Of a stretch of 64,000 nt of DNA, positions 1 through 12,855 are shown piece by piece (position 1 is the stretch's first letter; each line of letters opens with the position of its first letter). A model generated the notes under the pieces. The model was not told the DNA's origin and did not search any database. It was given only the letters and a program-made list of their open reading frames with translations. Origin of the DNA: Macrostomum lignano. Its lineage: Eukaryota. The translations under genes and the position numbers were made by a program. The stretch is from NCBI GenBank assembly GCA_002269645.1, contig NIVC01001813.1:62001-126000 (forward strand), read 5' to 3'.

Positions 1-440
1 GAGATTGGGAGGGCAGTGAGGAGATTGGGAGGGCAGTGGGGAGATTGGGAGGGCAGTGGGGAGATTGGGAGGGCAGTGGGGAGATTGGGAGGGCAGTGAG
101 GAGATTGGGAGGGCAGTGAGGAGATTGGGAGGGCAGTGAGGAGATTGGGAGGGCAGTGAGGAGATTGGGAGGGCAGTGAGGAGATTGGGAGGGCAGTGGG
201 GAGATTGGGAGGGCAGTGAGGAGATTGGGAGGGCAGTGAGGAGATTGGGAGGGCAGTGGGGAGATTGGGAGGGCAGTGGGGAGATTGGGAGGACAGTGGG
301 GAGATTGGGAGGACAGTGGGGAGATTGGGAGGACAGTGAGGAGATTGGGAGGACAGTGGGGAGATTGGGAGGGCAGTGAGGAGATCTGGAGGGCAGTGAG
401 GAGATTGGGAGGGCAGTGAGGAGATTGGGAGGGCAGTGGG
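1..440. repeat. 20-bp minisatellite (GAGATTGGGAGGGCAGTGRG), probably intronic in the LIM gene
   Basis: About 22 near-perfect tandem copies read directly, running off the window start. Confidence 0.95.
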
Positions 441-521
441 GAGATTTGGAGAGCAGTGACTCGCTCGTCTCGAACTTGCATCGGGAGGATCTAAGAAACG
501 CACTCTCCCCATCGATTCAAG

Positions 522-2786
522 CTCATCTTCTCGGTGGAGCTGACCCGCTCCATGGAGGGCGACCATCACACGGGCCACTTCGCCTGCTCGAACTGCGACA
601 AGTCGCTCACAGGGCATCGGTACATTCTGCGCGAGGAGAAACCGTTTTGCATTCAGTGCTACGAGGACATCTTTGCCAACACCTGCGAACAGTGCAAGGA
701 CAAAATAGGCTGCGATTCTAAGGTGAGAGGCTGTGGTCAGTTTCTAAGTTCATGAGTTAATGAGTTTTGTGAGTCCGTGAGTGGGTGAGTTTGTGAGCTC
801 AGACTGCCCCCCCCCCATGAAACCCACCGCACCCGCAGGACCTGTCCTACAAGGACCGCCACTGGCACGAGCGCTGTTTTAAGTGCAGCTCCTGCAGCAC
901 CAGCCTGGTTGACAAGCCATTTGCCACCAAGGAGGAGGCTCTGTTCTGTTCTGACTGTCACGACGAGAAGTTCGCCGCCCGCTGCGACGGTTGCAGCAAG
1001 GTGAGATTGACATTGGCGCTTTACCTGCAGACTATCAGTGCCACGAGTTAAGCGGCATCTGCCAGCAGCAAAGATGTATAGAATGCCATGTGCTGAGATG
1101 TCAAAACTTATGGGGGAATTGCTGTGGCTCATGGGAAGGGTTGCTCAGATGCCAAGGGTCCATTGGGAGTTTTTGGTAGACCAAGGATTAAAGGGATAGT
1201 TAGGGTTCAGCCATGGCAGCTGCGACTCAAGGTCAGAGCATCACCACGGCCAGATCCTCCAACAACCCGCAGGTGTTTCGCGCCGGCATGCGCAAGTACG
1301 AGTACCGCGGCAAGCAGTGGCACGAAGAGTGCTTCCTCTGCCTGGAGTGCCGCCTGCCCATCGGCACCAAGTCCTTCATCCCGCGCGACCAGGACGTCTG
1401 CTGCGTGCCCTGCTACGAGGAGAAGTACGCGCAGCGCTGCTCCAAGTGCACTCAGGTGATTAAACGGGGAGGAGTCACCTACAAAGGCGATCCGTACCAC
1501 AAGGAGTGCCTGGTGTGCGCCAATTGCACCACCCAGCTGGCGGGGGTGAAGTTCACCAGCAAGGACGAGAAGCCCTACTGCGCCGAGTGCTACGGGCAGC
1601 TGTTTGCTAAGAAGTGCTGCAGGTGCACCCAGCCAATAACTGGTGAGTATCACGCGTGCTTATGCATGTTAAGGCTTGTATAATTTTCTAGTTGGAGTCG
1701 CTAGTCGAGTGTTGCCAGCGGATTTTTCACCGGCGCTGCAGGTAAGCATAGTACGTCGTGTACTTTGTACAGTAGTTTTTTTTATTAGAGGCAGGGGGGT
1801 TGGTGCACCCTGGCGCACTTTATGCGACATAGGCACACAACCGGCGAGAGGCATTATTGCCCATTCCGCCGACTCCTCTGAGCAGGCATACAAGCGCGCG
1901 GATACGTACGCAGGCACACACTCACACAGGAGTGTACAGCGGCCCAAACTTTATATTATCGTTAGGCATGTACACTTCACTGCGCCTTGGGGGGTTGGCC
2001 CTCAAGGCCGTTAATTGCACGAGCAGAGCCAAGCCGAGATTCCAATTCAGCCCCAAATCAATGTGACTGCACTTGGAATCGAGCCTGGGTCGCTGGCACA
2101 CCAGAGCAGCTGCACTACCGCTGGGCTACGGCCCCCGTACTTTGTAGTTATTACGCAGATATGAAAAGGCTTGCTTAGACTGCCAAAGCAAATTTAGCTC
2201 TGAGCTGCAGTTCACCCCTGGTGGGACAAGATGGCAGCTCTGAGCTGCGGTAGAACAACCCGCGCGCAATTACAGAGACTGCGCCATTGGCTGTACACCT
2301 GACTATCTGCACACCTGGCTAGGTAGAGCGGCTTTTTAGCGATGCCGAGAATCAAGGCGACATTCGATTCACAGAATGCGATGAGGCAAGCAGTCATACT
2401 CGTTCCGCTGACCCATTAGTGCTCACACATGGACATAACATGTAGGCGGATGTCAAGTAGTGCACGCAGTCGCCTTTGGGTTGGGTTGTTGATATTCGTG
2501 GCGTGAATCGCAGAAGTCATTCCTGAGTTTCCGAGAGAAACTCTCAGAGGCAATATGCACGTTGTGCCAACAGACTGGCGCAGCTGAGTCGCCAATGTAG
2601 CGGCATGGATCAAGCAAATATTTATCGCACACACACGCAGGTTTCGGAGGCTGCAAGTTCATCTCGTTCGAGGAGCGGCACTGGCACTCGGAGTGCTTCG
2701 TGTGCTACAAGTGCGACATCAACCTGGTTGGCAAGGGCTTCCTCACTGATGGAGACGAGATTCTGTGCCCGGAGTGCGGCCGCTGA
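522..2786 (+). CDS. FHL2: Four-and-a-half-LIM / Limpet-like protein, 3' part (5' exons outside the window)
   Basis: Exons 522-722, 839-1000, 1273-1642, 2641-2786 with AG/GT junctions in matching phase. Consecutive LIM domains (HFACSNCDKSLTGHRYIL...; WHEECFLCLECRLPIGTKSFIP...; ISFEERHWHSECFVCYKCDINLVGKGFLTDGDEILCPECGR*) match the FHL2/Limpet pattern. Confidence 0.9.
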
Positions 2787-3469
2787 CTGCGGTGAGCAGC
2801 TGCGAAGGACTGTCGGGAACGAACGCGTATTAATTATTTGCTCATCAAAGTGCATGCGTACTAATGAGATCAGATTTTTTATTTCAACAAATAATTTTTC
2901 TGCTTACAGCATGCCCGCTGCCTGTAACCCGCCTCCTACCCATGCAGTAAGGCAAACGCCACTAACTGTAGTGATTCTACTGGAGCCTGTTGCAAATCAA
3001 CAGAGCTCCAACTTGGTTACCGTACCAGCACAAGCAGCCAATACTTATTTTTTACCTGCCAGCCAGGAGCTGCAGAAACCGCTAGTCTGTGATTTAAAAA
3101 ACCCGAGGCTCCTGAACTGCTGTAACTGCACGCTGCCTCAACCGATGGCATAATTTACTCCTCCTACATTACTCCCAGCAACCGAATGCTTGAACCGCAT
3201 GCAGCATCATTTTTTTGTTCAAACCGACTCACCCGTCTGCTCACCCTGCGCCTCATTGCTTAAATCCGAATGACCCGCTTTGACCTGAAGTTAATTTAAC
3301 CCAAAGTGCAGCTGATGCGAAAATACACAACAGCTCGGAATCAATTTGACTGCAACTTGACTGCTAATAAGACATCCCACTTGCTGCACTTGTGCTCGTT
3401 ATTTATTGCCAAAAACTCTGCATTCTTGTCACCAGTCTTGGCTTTTGCGATGGCCAAAACAGTAGGCTA

Positions 3470-3960
3470 AACCACAGCCCACACCATGATCCAAACCACG
3501 GCCCACTAGCACAACCTAAACCACAGCCCAAACCACGGCCCACAGCACAGCCTAAATCACAGTCCACACCATGATCCAAACCACAGCCCACACCACAGCC
3601 TAAACTACAGCCCAAACCACAGCCCACACCATGATCCAAACCACGGCCCACTAGCACAACCTAAACCACAGCCCAAACCACAGCCCACACCACAGCCTAA
3701 ATCACAGTCTACACCACGATCCAAACCACGGCCCACAGCACAGCCTAAACTACAGCCCAAACCACAGCCCACACCACAGCCCAAACCACAGCCCACACCA
3801 CAGCCCAAACCACAGCCCACACCACAGCCTAAATCACAGTCCACACAACGGCCCACACAACGGCCCACACCACAGCCCACACCACAGCCCACACAACGGC
3901 CCACACCACAGCCCACACAACGGCCCACACCACAGCCCACACAACGGCCCATACCGGAAT
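3470..3960. repeat. CCACA-rich degenerate minisatellite (~12/24-bp subunits)
   Basis: Tandem CCACAGCCCAAA/CCACAGCCCACA units between the convergent FHL and PSMD7 3' ends. Confidence 0.9.
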
Positions 3961-4461
3961 AAACCAGAAGCCACACCCCAGAGTAAACCAAAGCACACAC
4001 GACATAATATGCAAAAATTAAACTTTAATTCGCAGGCAGTTTCACGAAAAAATTGCAAGCTTGGTAATTATATAATAAGCGAAACTTGTCTGCTCGTGTA
4101 TTTGTGTGCCGGCATACCAATTAGTAGATTTATATTTAGTATAGGAAAGCTACCCGGATGTCTTACATAGCTGGATAATTATTAAACCTTCAGAATGTTC
4201 CATCACTAGTGAAATATTATCAAAGTTTTACTACTTCAAGTAGGACGTCAATGTCGCAGGTTATGTGCTGTAGATTAAAAAACTGTTTAACTGCAGCAGG
4301 TGGGCATGAAATTCACTGACAAGCAATCAATTTCTTGTCCAAAATAAGACGAACCCGCGGCAGGCGGGAGGAGAAGCAGAGCCTGGAGAGAGAGACAGTG
4401 AGGAACAAAGTACACAATGTTCTTTTGACGGAGAGGCGACCGATGACTCGCGGCGGCTGCT

Positions 4462-5918
4462 TCATCGCTTCTTCTCGCCGGAGTCGGGCTTGTCGGAGGA
4501 AGGCGGCTGGTCCTCGGCCGGCTTCTTGCCGTCTGGCGCAGCGGCCGCTGAGGCAGCGGCGGCGGCAGCTTTGGCCCGGGCCGCCTGCAGCTGGTCGGTC
4601 TCTTCTTTCTCTGTCTCCCGGTTCTGCAGCTTGTTGTCGATGAGGTCGTCCAGAGCCAGGATGGAGCGCAGCATGGAGGACAGGTAGATCACCAGGGCCT
4701 GGTCGTTGGTCTGCATGTACAGCGCGCGGACGAACTCCGGCAGGGATATGTCGGGCAGCAGGTTCACCGTGTCCTGCGGGCGGCAGGGGAACAGGGGGGC
4801 ACCGGTGTCTGATGGGAACTCACGGGCGGTGCTCACAAACCGACATCACTCAAATAGCATTTGAAATGGCCGCTTCTACGATTAATGACGCCAGAGTCGA
4901 GGCATACTAAATCAGTCAACTAAAATTTATGACCTTTTGTAGGATGACCCTTCCTAGGACACCTTAATGAGCCTTCCTAGGACACCTTAATGACCCTTCC
5001 TAGGACACCCTAATGCCCCTTCCTAGAAAACCTTTAATGAAATTTCCTAGGACACCCTTAATGACACCAATTTCATGACCTTAGATGACCTCTCTAAAGA
5101 CAGCAAAACATGAATTCATAGAGGCCACTGCCCCAGGCCTCACCTGCAGTCGATAGGCAATCTGGTGATTGATTGGTAGCCGACCGGAGATGACGTCCTC
5201 TAAGTAGGCGTTGATCTCCTTCAGCTGGGCGTGGAAACCGCGCAGGCCGCTGCGCTGCGAGGCGATCCTCTGGGACAGGGTGCCAACCGTGGAGTCTTTG
5301 ATGTCGCGGAGCAGGTGCTCCACGCCGACCTCCTCGGCCTCCTCGGCGCCGATCTCGCTAGCCAGGTGATTCCAAGTCTTCGACGGCGGCCGGCCATCGT
5401 CGTGGACCTCCTCGATGGCCGTGTAGGCCTCGGTTGGCAGGCCCTCGTCTCCTTGATGCTGACGATGACCAGAACGGGGCTGCCGCTGACGCAGAATTTT
5501 CCAATCAGCTCGTTGATGCCGATGTCGTTCTGGCAGAGCCGCGGGCCGCTGTGGTACCAGCCGACGATGCGCTCCTTGGCGTTGACCTTCTTGAACATGC
5601 CGAACATGGTCTCCAGGTAGTCGTGGTCCAGGAACCACACGGACCGGTCGCGCGGGTCCTCCTCGAACGGGATGGCGAAGCTGTTGCTGATGTCCAGTAC
5701 GTCGCCTTGGCGACTGCCAGCAACACGCCGATGCAGCGGCGATGCCCGACGCTGACCTTCTCCAGGCGATTGTAGTGATCCACCACGGACAGCAGCACCA
5801 GCGGGTGGACGATCACCTTCGTGATGGGAGGCGGCCCGGGGTTCAGGGAAGGCGGCAGCGCCTGCGAATCGTCAGCGGCTGCGCCAGCCGCGGCTGTGGC
5901 ATCGGCGGCCTGGGACAT
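4462..5918 (-). CDS. PSMD7: 26S proteasome regulatory subunit Rpn8 (MPN domain); two apparent 1-nt deletions in this sequence
   Basis: Exon 1 5918-5144 ([18 protein letters not shown]...[32 protein letters not shown]...[19 protein letters not shown]), exon 2 4773-4462 ([22 protein letters not shown]). Frameshifts near 5717 and 5449, each repaired by one G. Confidence 0.93.
4944..5065. repeat. ~23-bp degenerate repeat in the PSMD7 intron
   Basis: ATGACCCTTCCTAGGACACCTTA, about 5 copies. Confidence 0.8.
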
Positions 5919-6059
5919 TGCGGCGATGAGGATTTAGGATTTTTCTGGCGCTTCGGCAATGGGAATCAGACAGCTGTTAGGGCTGGGAGGCTGCTTGTCA
6001 TCAAAGTTGGACGATGGGAACGATGACGGGCGAGTGAAATAATCACATAGACCAGCGAT

Positions 6060-6500
6060 AATCACTTGCTGGAACTATAATCATTTCTCACTAGCATGAC
6101 AATCATTTTTCACTAGCATGATTATCATTTTCTAGGTAGCATGATAGTCATTTCCTAGTAGCATCATTATCGTTTCCTAGTAGCATGATAATCACTTCCT
6201 AGGTAGCATTATAATCACTTCCTAGGTAGCATGATAATCATTTCCTAGTAACATGATAATCACTTCCTAGGTAGCATGATAATCACTTCCTAGGTAGCAT
6301 GATAATCATTTTTCACTAGCATGATAATCACTTCCTAGGTAGCATGATAATCACTTCCTAAGTAGCATGATAATCACTTCCTAGGTAGCATGATAATCAC
6401 TTCCTAAGTAGCATGATAATCACTTCCTAGGTAGCATGATAATCACTTCCTAGGTAGCATGATAATCATTTCCTAGTAACATGATCATTACTTCCTACGA
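6060..6500. repeat. 23-bp minisatellite (AGCATGATAATCACTTCCTAGGT)
   Basis: Tandem copies between the UTP14 stop and the PSMD7 start. Confidence 0.92.
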
Positions 6501-7381
6501 GCTGACAAATAATAATCATTTTCTAGACAGTTGACAGTCATCCCCTAGACAGTTGACAGTTGATATACCTATGATATGCCCTATTATAGAACAGATAATC
6601 ACCTCTCAGACCAGAGACGAAGATTTCCTACACAAACGAGTCTGTGACAATTAATTAATACCTGTTAATTAAGCGACAAAAACAGAATTCCAAAGCTTCA
6701 AACAATGCCGATCGCAGATCGTGGTTCACGCGATAGACGGGCAACATTTTATTAATCCAATAGGCAACAAAAATTGACAAGCAAAACCAATAGAAGAAAA
6801 TGCATACAAAAGATATCTAATTGCATTTATTAGTTTATTTGATGTCAACGCTTCCACGAAAGTGCATACCCCAAAGGGGGGCTGTGCGTCTAGTCACACT
6901 TTCTAACACAGATGCTGGGCATAGAGCACAGATACTAGACTTACTAGATGGGCAACTCAGCAAATTTGCATGCAAGCTACTTTCAGTTCAGTAGTAAGTT
7001 AAACTGAAGCATTTTAATTTTTTTTAGACAAGACTCTTACCCCCCAAGCTTAAACCCCTAAAGTCCACACAGAACCTCTACCCCTGCCCGCCACCCAATT
7101 TTTATTGCCTTCCTCGGTTGTTCCAGCCAAACTCTGCCATGTACATTTCAGTGGCCAATGTACATTATTGCTAAACCGATTAGCAAGCTGTTTACGCCTG
7201 CAAGCTTGGCTTCTAAACTTATCAAAGTCATCTCAGCTGCCTTTATTTTAAAAAAAATAGCTAATGTATTCTTCTTTGCTACTGAACTGAAAGTAGGAAG
7301 CTTTTTGCTAGGTATACCCTAATGGGTAAAATAAAAACTTGCAGGCATGCGCGCCTGACTACTGTGAGTAGTTGGCTATGC

Positions 7382-10300
7382 CTATTTCCCTTTGACAATA
7401 TCGGCGCTGGTCCGCTGGGCCCGCTTCCTGCGCAGGATGGCGTCCTTGGGCACGGGGCCGATGCGCCGGCCCATCAGCACGGACACCCGCGGCGCGGTCA
7501 GCCGTTTGTGCGCCTGGATGGAGTTGAACTCGCGGCAGACCGGGGCTCGCATCGCGCCCTCGAATTGCTCAGCGTTGGCGTAAGGGAACGGCACGCCTTT
7601 GACCAGATGGCGGCGCAGCGCCTGGCCTGCGCCCAGCCGCTCCCGGATGATCACGTGACCGTGGGCTGCGTCCCGGCGCTGCCGGCGAGGCGCCTTGATG
7701 ACGAATTTCTGGCGGCGCTCCTCGGACACTGGCCGGGTGCCGGGGCCTGTCCAGGTGTTCCAGCCGGGCAGGAACAGGTCCACGTCTTTTGGCTGCTCCT
7801 GGAATCGAGTGGGGTGGACTGGAATGGACTCGGCTGGATTGCTTTGAGCAGCTTTGGGCAGTAGCTATGAGCAGAGTAGCTTTGAGCAGAGTAGCTTTGA
7901 GCAGAGTTGCTATGAGCAGAGTAGCTTTGAGCAGAGTAGCTTTGAGCAGAGTAGCTATGAGCAGAGTAGCTTTGAGCAGAGTTTCTATGAGCAGAGTAGC
8001 TTTGAGCAGAGTTTCTATGAGCAGAGTAGCTATGAGCAGAGTAGCTATGAGCAGAGTAGCTTTGAGCAGAGTTTCTATGAGCAGAGTAGCTTTGAGCAGA
8101 GTAGCTATGAGCAGAGTAGCTTTGAGCAGAGTTTCTATGAGCAGAGTAGCTTTGAGCAGAGTAGCTATGAGCAGAGTAGCTATGAGCAGAGTAGCTTTGA
8201 GCAGAGTTTCTATGAGCAGAGTAGCTTTGAGCAGAGTAGCTATGAGCAGAGTAGCTTTGAGCAGAGTAGCTTTGAGCAGAGTAGCTATGAGCAGAGTAGC
8301 TATGAGCAGAGTAGCTTTGAGCAGAGTTTCTATGAGCAGAGTAGCTATGAGCAGAGTAGCTATGAGCAGAGTAGCTATGAGCAGAGTAGCTTTGAGCAGA
8401 GTTTCTATGAGCAGGGTAGCTATGAGCAGAGTAGCTATGAGCAGAGTAGCTTTGAGCAGAGTTTCTATGAGCAGAGTAAGCTATGAGCAGAGTAGCTATG
8501 AGCAGAGTAGCTATGAGCAAAGTAGCTATGAGCAGAGTAGCTTTGAGCAGAGTTTCTATGAGCAGAGTAGCTATGAGCAGAGTAGCTATGAGCAGAGTAG
8601 CTTTGAGCAGAGTTTCTATGAGCAGAGTAGCTATGAGCAGAGTAGCTATGAGCAGAGTAGCTTTGAGCAGAGTAGCTTTGAGCAGAGTTTCTATGAGCAG
8701 AGTAGCTATGAGCAGAGTAGCGGGGTTACAGCGATCGCACCTCGTCAGCCACGGCGGCCTTCTCCCGCTCAAAGTCGGCCTTGGCGTCGGCTTCGGTCTC
8801 GGCCACCTCCTCGGCCAGCAGTTCGTCGGTGCGCAGGCGGGCCAAGCTCCGCCTGGACGAGGCGGCCTCCAGGGCGTCGCCGTCTTCGTCTCCGGCGGCG
8901 TCGACGGTTGGCAGAGAGGGCATGTGGCTGAGGTCGAGTTCCAGACTGCGCTGCTGCTGCTGCCGCTTCTGTCCGGCTGATGAGGCAAGAGTTGATGAGG
9001 CCGCGCTGAGTCTGGAGGGGAAGCGTCAATATGATAGACAGTCAAACAGAAGAATAAAAGCTCAATATATAATTATCCGCTGTCTATTGTCCCATCTACT
9101 CCATACCATCCTATCTAATCAATACCCTGCCATCAACTCCCTACTCTCCCATTCACTCCCTACTGTCCCATCTACTCCCTACTGTCCCATCTACTCCCTA
9201 CTGTCCCATCTACTCCCTACTGTCCAATCTACTCCCTACTGTCCCATCTACCCCCTACTGTCCCATCTACTCCATACCTCCCATCTACTCCATACCCTCC
9301 CATCTACTCCCTACTCTCCCATCTACTCCCTACTGTCTCATCTACTCCCTACTGTCCCATCTACTCCATACCTCCCATCTACTCCATACCCTCCCATCTA
9401 CTCCCTACTCTCCCATCTACTCCCTACTGTCCCATCTACTCCCTACTGTCCCATCTACTCCCTACTGTCCCATCTACTCCATACCTCCCATCTACTCCAT
9501 ACCCTCCCATCTACTCCCTACTCTCCCATCTACTCCCTACTGTCCCATCTACTCCCTACTGTCCCATCTACTCCCTACTGTCCAATCTACTCCCTACTGT
9601 CCCATCTACCCCCTACTGTCCCATCTACTCCATACCTCCCATCTACTCCATACCCTCCCATCTACTCCCTACTCTCCATCTACTCCCTACTGTCTCATCT
9701 ACTCCCTACTGTCCCATCTACTCCATACCTCCCATCTACTCCATACCCTCCCATCTACTCCCTACTCTCCCATCTACTCCCTACTGTCCCATCTACTCCC
9801 TACTGTCCCATCTACTCCCTACTGTCCCATCTACTCCATACCTCCCATCTACTCCATACCCTCCCATCTACTCCCTACTCTCCCATCTACTCCCTACTGT
9901 CCCATCTACTCCCTACTGTCCCATCTACTCCCTACTGTCTCATCTACTCCCTACTGTCCCATCTACTCCCTACTGTCCCATCTACTCCCTACTGTCCCAT
10001 CTACTCCATACCTCCCATCTACTCCATACCCTCCCATCTACTCCCTACTCTCCCATCTACTCCCTACTGTCCCATCTACTCCATACCTCCCATCTACTCC
10101 ATACCCTCCCATCTACTCCCTACTCTCCCATCTACTCCCTACTGTCCCATCTACTCCCTACTGTCCCATCTACTCCCTACTGTCCCATCTACTTCCTACT
10201 GTCCCATCTACTCCCTACTGTCCCATCTACTCCCTACTGTCCCATCTACTCCCTACTGTCCCATCTACTCCCTACTGTCCCATCTACTCCATACCTCCCA

Positions 10301-12135
10301 TCTACTCCATACCCTCCCATCTACTCCCTACTCTCCCATCTACTCCCTACTGTCCCATCTACTCCCTACTGTCCCATCTACTCCCTATTGTCCCATCTAC
10401 TCCCTACTGTCCCATCTACTCCCTACTCTCCCATTCACTCCCTACTGTCGAATCTACTCCCTACTCTCCCATTCACTCCCTACTGTCCAATCTAATCCCT
10501 ACTGTCCCATCTACTCCCTACTGTCCCATCTACTCCCTGCTCTCTCTACCTACTCCCTACTCTCCCAGCCTACTCACTACTCTCCCCTCTACTCCCACCC
10601 TACCAGCCACTCACCCCGTGGACCTGGCGGGCCGCAGGCTGGCTGGCACAGTCTCGTCCTTGTCCTCCTCCGCGGTGCCGTCATTCCAATCGTCAACAAG
10701 ATCCTCGGGAAGCTGGACGGCGGCCTCATCGCCGCTAGATTTGGCATCGCTATCCTCGCCGCTGCTGTCGCCATTGGCATCGCCGTCGGTCTTCTCGGTG
10801 AGCTCCTTGCCCCGCTGGATCATGTCCTGCACCGCCTGCCTGGCCGCGTCGTCAAACTTGGCCCGCAACTTCTGCTGCCTGGCGAACTTGCTGCCGCCCC
10901 GGTGCCGCTGGCTGATCCGCTCGTCTGCGCGCGCCCGCTCCAGCGCCGCCATGCGCTCGGCGAACGCGGCCGGGTCCGAGTCCTTCAGAGCGGTCAGCTC
11001 GGCCTCCTCCTGCTTGAGCTTGGCCCGGCGAGCGTGCTTCCTGTAGGATTTGGATTTAATCCGCGACTGGCGCTTCAGCTTCTCTTCTAAGAAATGGCGC
11101 CGAGCTATTAGGCGCCGGTTCGAGGCCAGGCGCTCGCGAACTTTGGCGCCATCGAGCTGATTTGGGTTTTTCTGCTGCTGCTGCGGATTCCCGGCGGCCA
11201 GGCCGGCAGCCTCGGCGATGGCCGTCTGGTTGTACAGCCGGCGGTACAGCCGACTCTCGAGGTCGTCGACGACTGGCGCCGACGTCGTTGGAGCAGCGCC
11301 AGATTCGCCTTTGGCGCTGTCAGGATCGGCGCTCATTGCAACGGCGATGTCGACGCGGGCCCGCTGGCGATAGTCGGAGACGGACTGCGGCCGCGGGGCG
11401 CCGGTGGCGGGCAGCGGGAAGCTCACCTCCTCAGACAGGCGATTCCGCTCGACGTAGCCATACCAGCGGCCGAGGTCCTGGGAGGTCACACGCAAATCTT
11501 GGTAAGGAGCTTTGGCGCTGGGCGCACCAATCTTGGAGGGACTTAGAGGGCGATTCTCAATGGGGAAGAAGGCGATTCTTAATGGGAGAAGAGGGCGATT
11601 CTCAATAGGAGGGGGAGATTCTCAATGGGAGGAGATTCTAAATTGGAGAAGAGGGCCATTCTCAATGAGGGTAGAGTCTAGTAGGCGAGTTTCAAGTGCC
11701 GCCTCGAACGGCTAATGCAATTCTCAAAGATCCGAGCCTCACCTTATTCGCTCTCTCATATGCCGCGATCCGCTGCGACTTGGCCTCCGTCAGCTTCGCT
11801 GGCGCCTCCAGCACCCGGTGCCGCCGTTTGGCCGCCCGCAGCTCCTGGCCGACCGCCCGTTTAGCGGCCTTGCCGCCCAGCGCCGTGGCCAGAATCTGCC
11901 GCATCGAGGACGCCGCGCCACCGGCCGAGCGCAGTCCGTGGACGTCCATGGCCGATGACGGAGGTCGGCGCTCCGAACGTCGGCGTCCATCCACTTTGAG
12001 GGTGCGGCGCAGGCCGCTCAGCAGGGCCGCGTGATCCTCCTCTGGTGCATCCGCACTGGCCTCTTCTCCGGCAGACATTGTTGCTTCTGCTTCTTCTTCT
12101 AGAGGGTCATCGTCGCTGTCTTCACGATTTTTCAT
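7382..12135 (-). CDS. UTP14: U3 snoRNA-associated protein 14
   Basis: Exons 12135-11743, 11477-10615, 9011-8741, 7798-7382 with consistent phases (0,2,0). Motifs DLGRW...RNRLSEEVSFPL, SRIKSKSYRK, ERISQRHRGGSKFA, PKDVDLFLPGWNTWTG, VPFPYANAEQFE match UTP14. Start ATG inferred. Confidence 0.88.
7862..8720. repeat. 15-bp minisatellite (GAGCAGAGTAGCTAT/TTT) in UTP14 intron 3
   Basis: More than 50 tandem copies; source of the spurious SRVAM/EQSSY ORFs. Confidence 0.96.
9150..10560. repeat. ~19-bp C-rich minisatellite (CTACTCCCTACTGTCCCAT) in UTP14 intron 2
   Basis: Long tandem array with higher-order variants; source of the 769-aa spurious ORF. Confidence 0.96.
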
Positions 12136-12204
12136 CTGGGATTTCGTTCTGGAGAGTGCATTTGAGTCCAATTAGAGCTGAAGCAGATTGCTTTGAATTG
12201 AGTT

Positions 12205-12460
12205 GGCGATTCTGAATGGGAAAGAGAGTGATTCTGAATGGGATAGAGAGCGATTCTGAATGGGATGGAGAGCGATTCTGAATGGGATAGAGAGCGATTC
12301 TGAATGGGATAGAGAGCGATTCTGAATGGGATAGAGGGAGATTCTGAATGGGATAGAGAGCGATTCTGAATGGGATAGAGAGCGATTCTGAATGGGATAG
12401 AGAGCGATTCTGAATGGGTTATAGGGGGATTTTTAATTGGTTAGAGGGGCGATTCTGAGA
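12205..12460. repeat. 22-bp minisatellite (GATTCTGAATGGGATAGAGAGC); related degenerate copies at ~11530-11670
   Basis: Tandem copies just upstream of the UTP14 ATG. Confidence 0.9.
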
Positions 12461-12855
12461 ATAAGAAATGAATGAACGACAAAATAACGATTCCCTGTAC
12501 TGTTAAGCCCTCGATAACACTGAAACATTAACAAGTTTACTTAACAAACAATACACTGTACATACTACTGAACACGCATTTAAGTAGATAAAATGCTCAT
12601 ATATTGTTTATTTGGATAATATACCCTAAATAAAATTATTAGAAAACGTTCAATTTTAAATTATACAAAATCAACTCATTGAAATTAAAGCAAATACAAT
12701 GGATACATTTTCATTTTTTTTAATTCCCTACAATGACTCTGAGTGTCAGTTTAAAGTCCTATGCGATATGAGAGTACACAATTACTAAAATATGCAAACA
12801 TATTACATAGCCAATAAGTCGGTTACCGGGTGAAAATTTACTGTCTACTGTCACA

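Noticed and set aside
7651-11090. Long ORFs (464, 380, 210, 769 aa) with SRVAM, EQSSY or PSTPY repeats
   Set aside because: Translations of 15-bp and 19-bp intronic satellites inside UTP14, whose real exons flank them in consistent phase.
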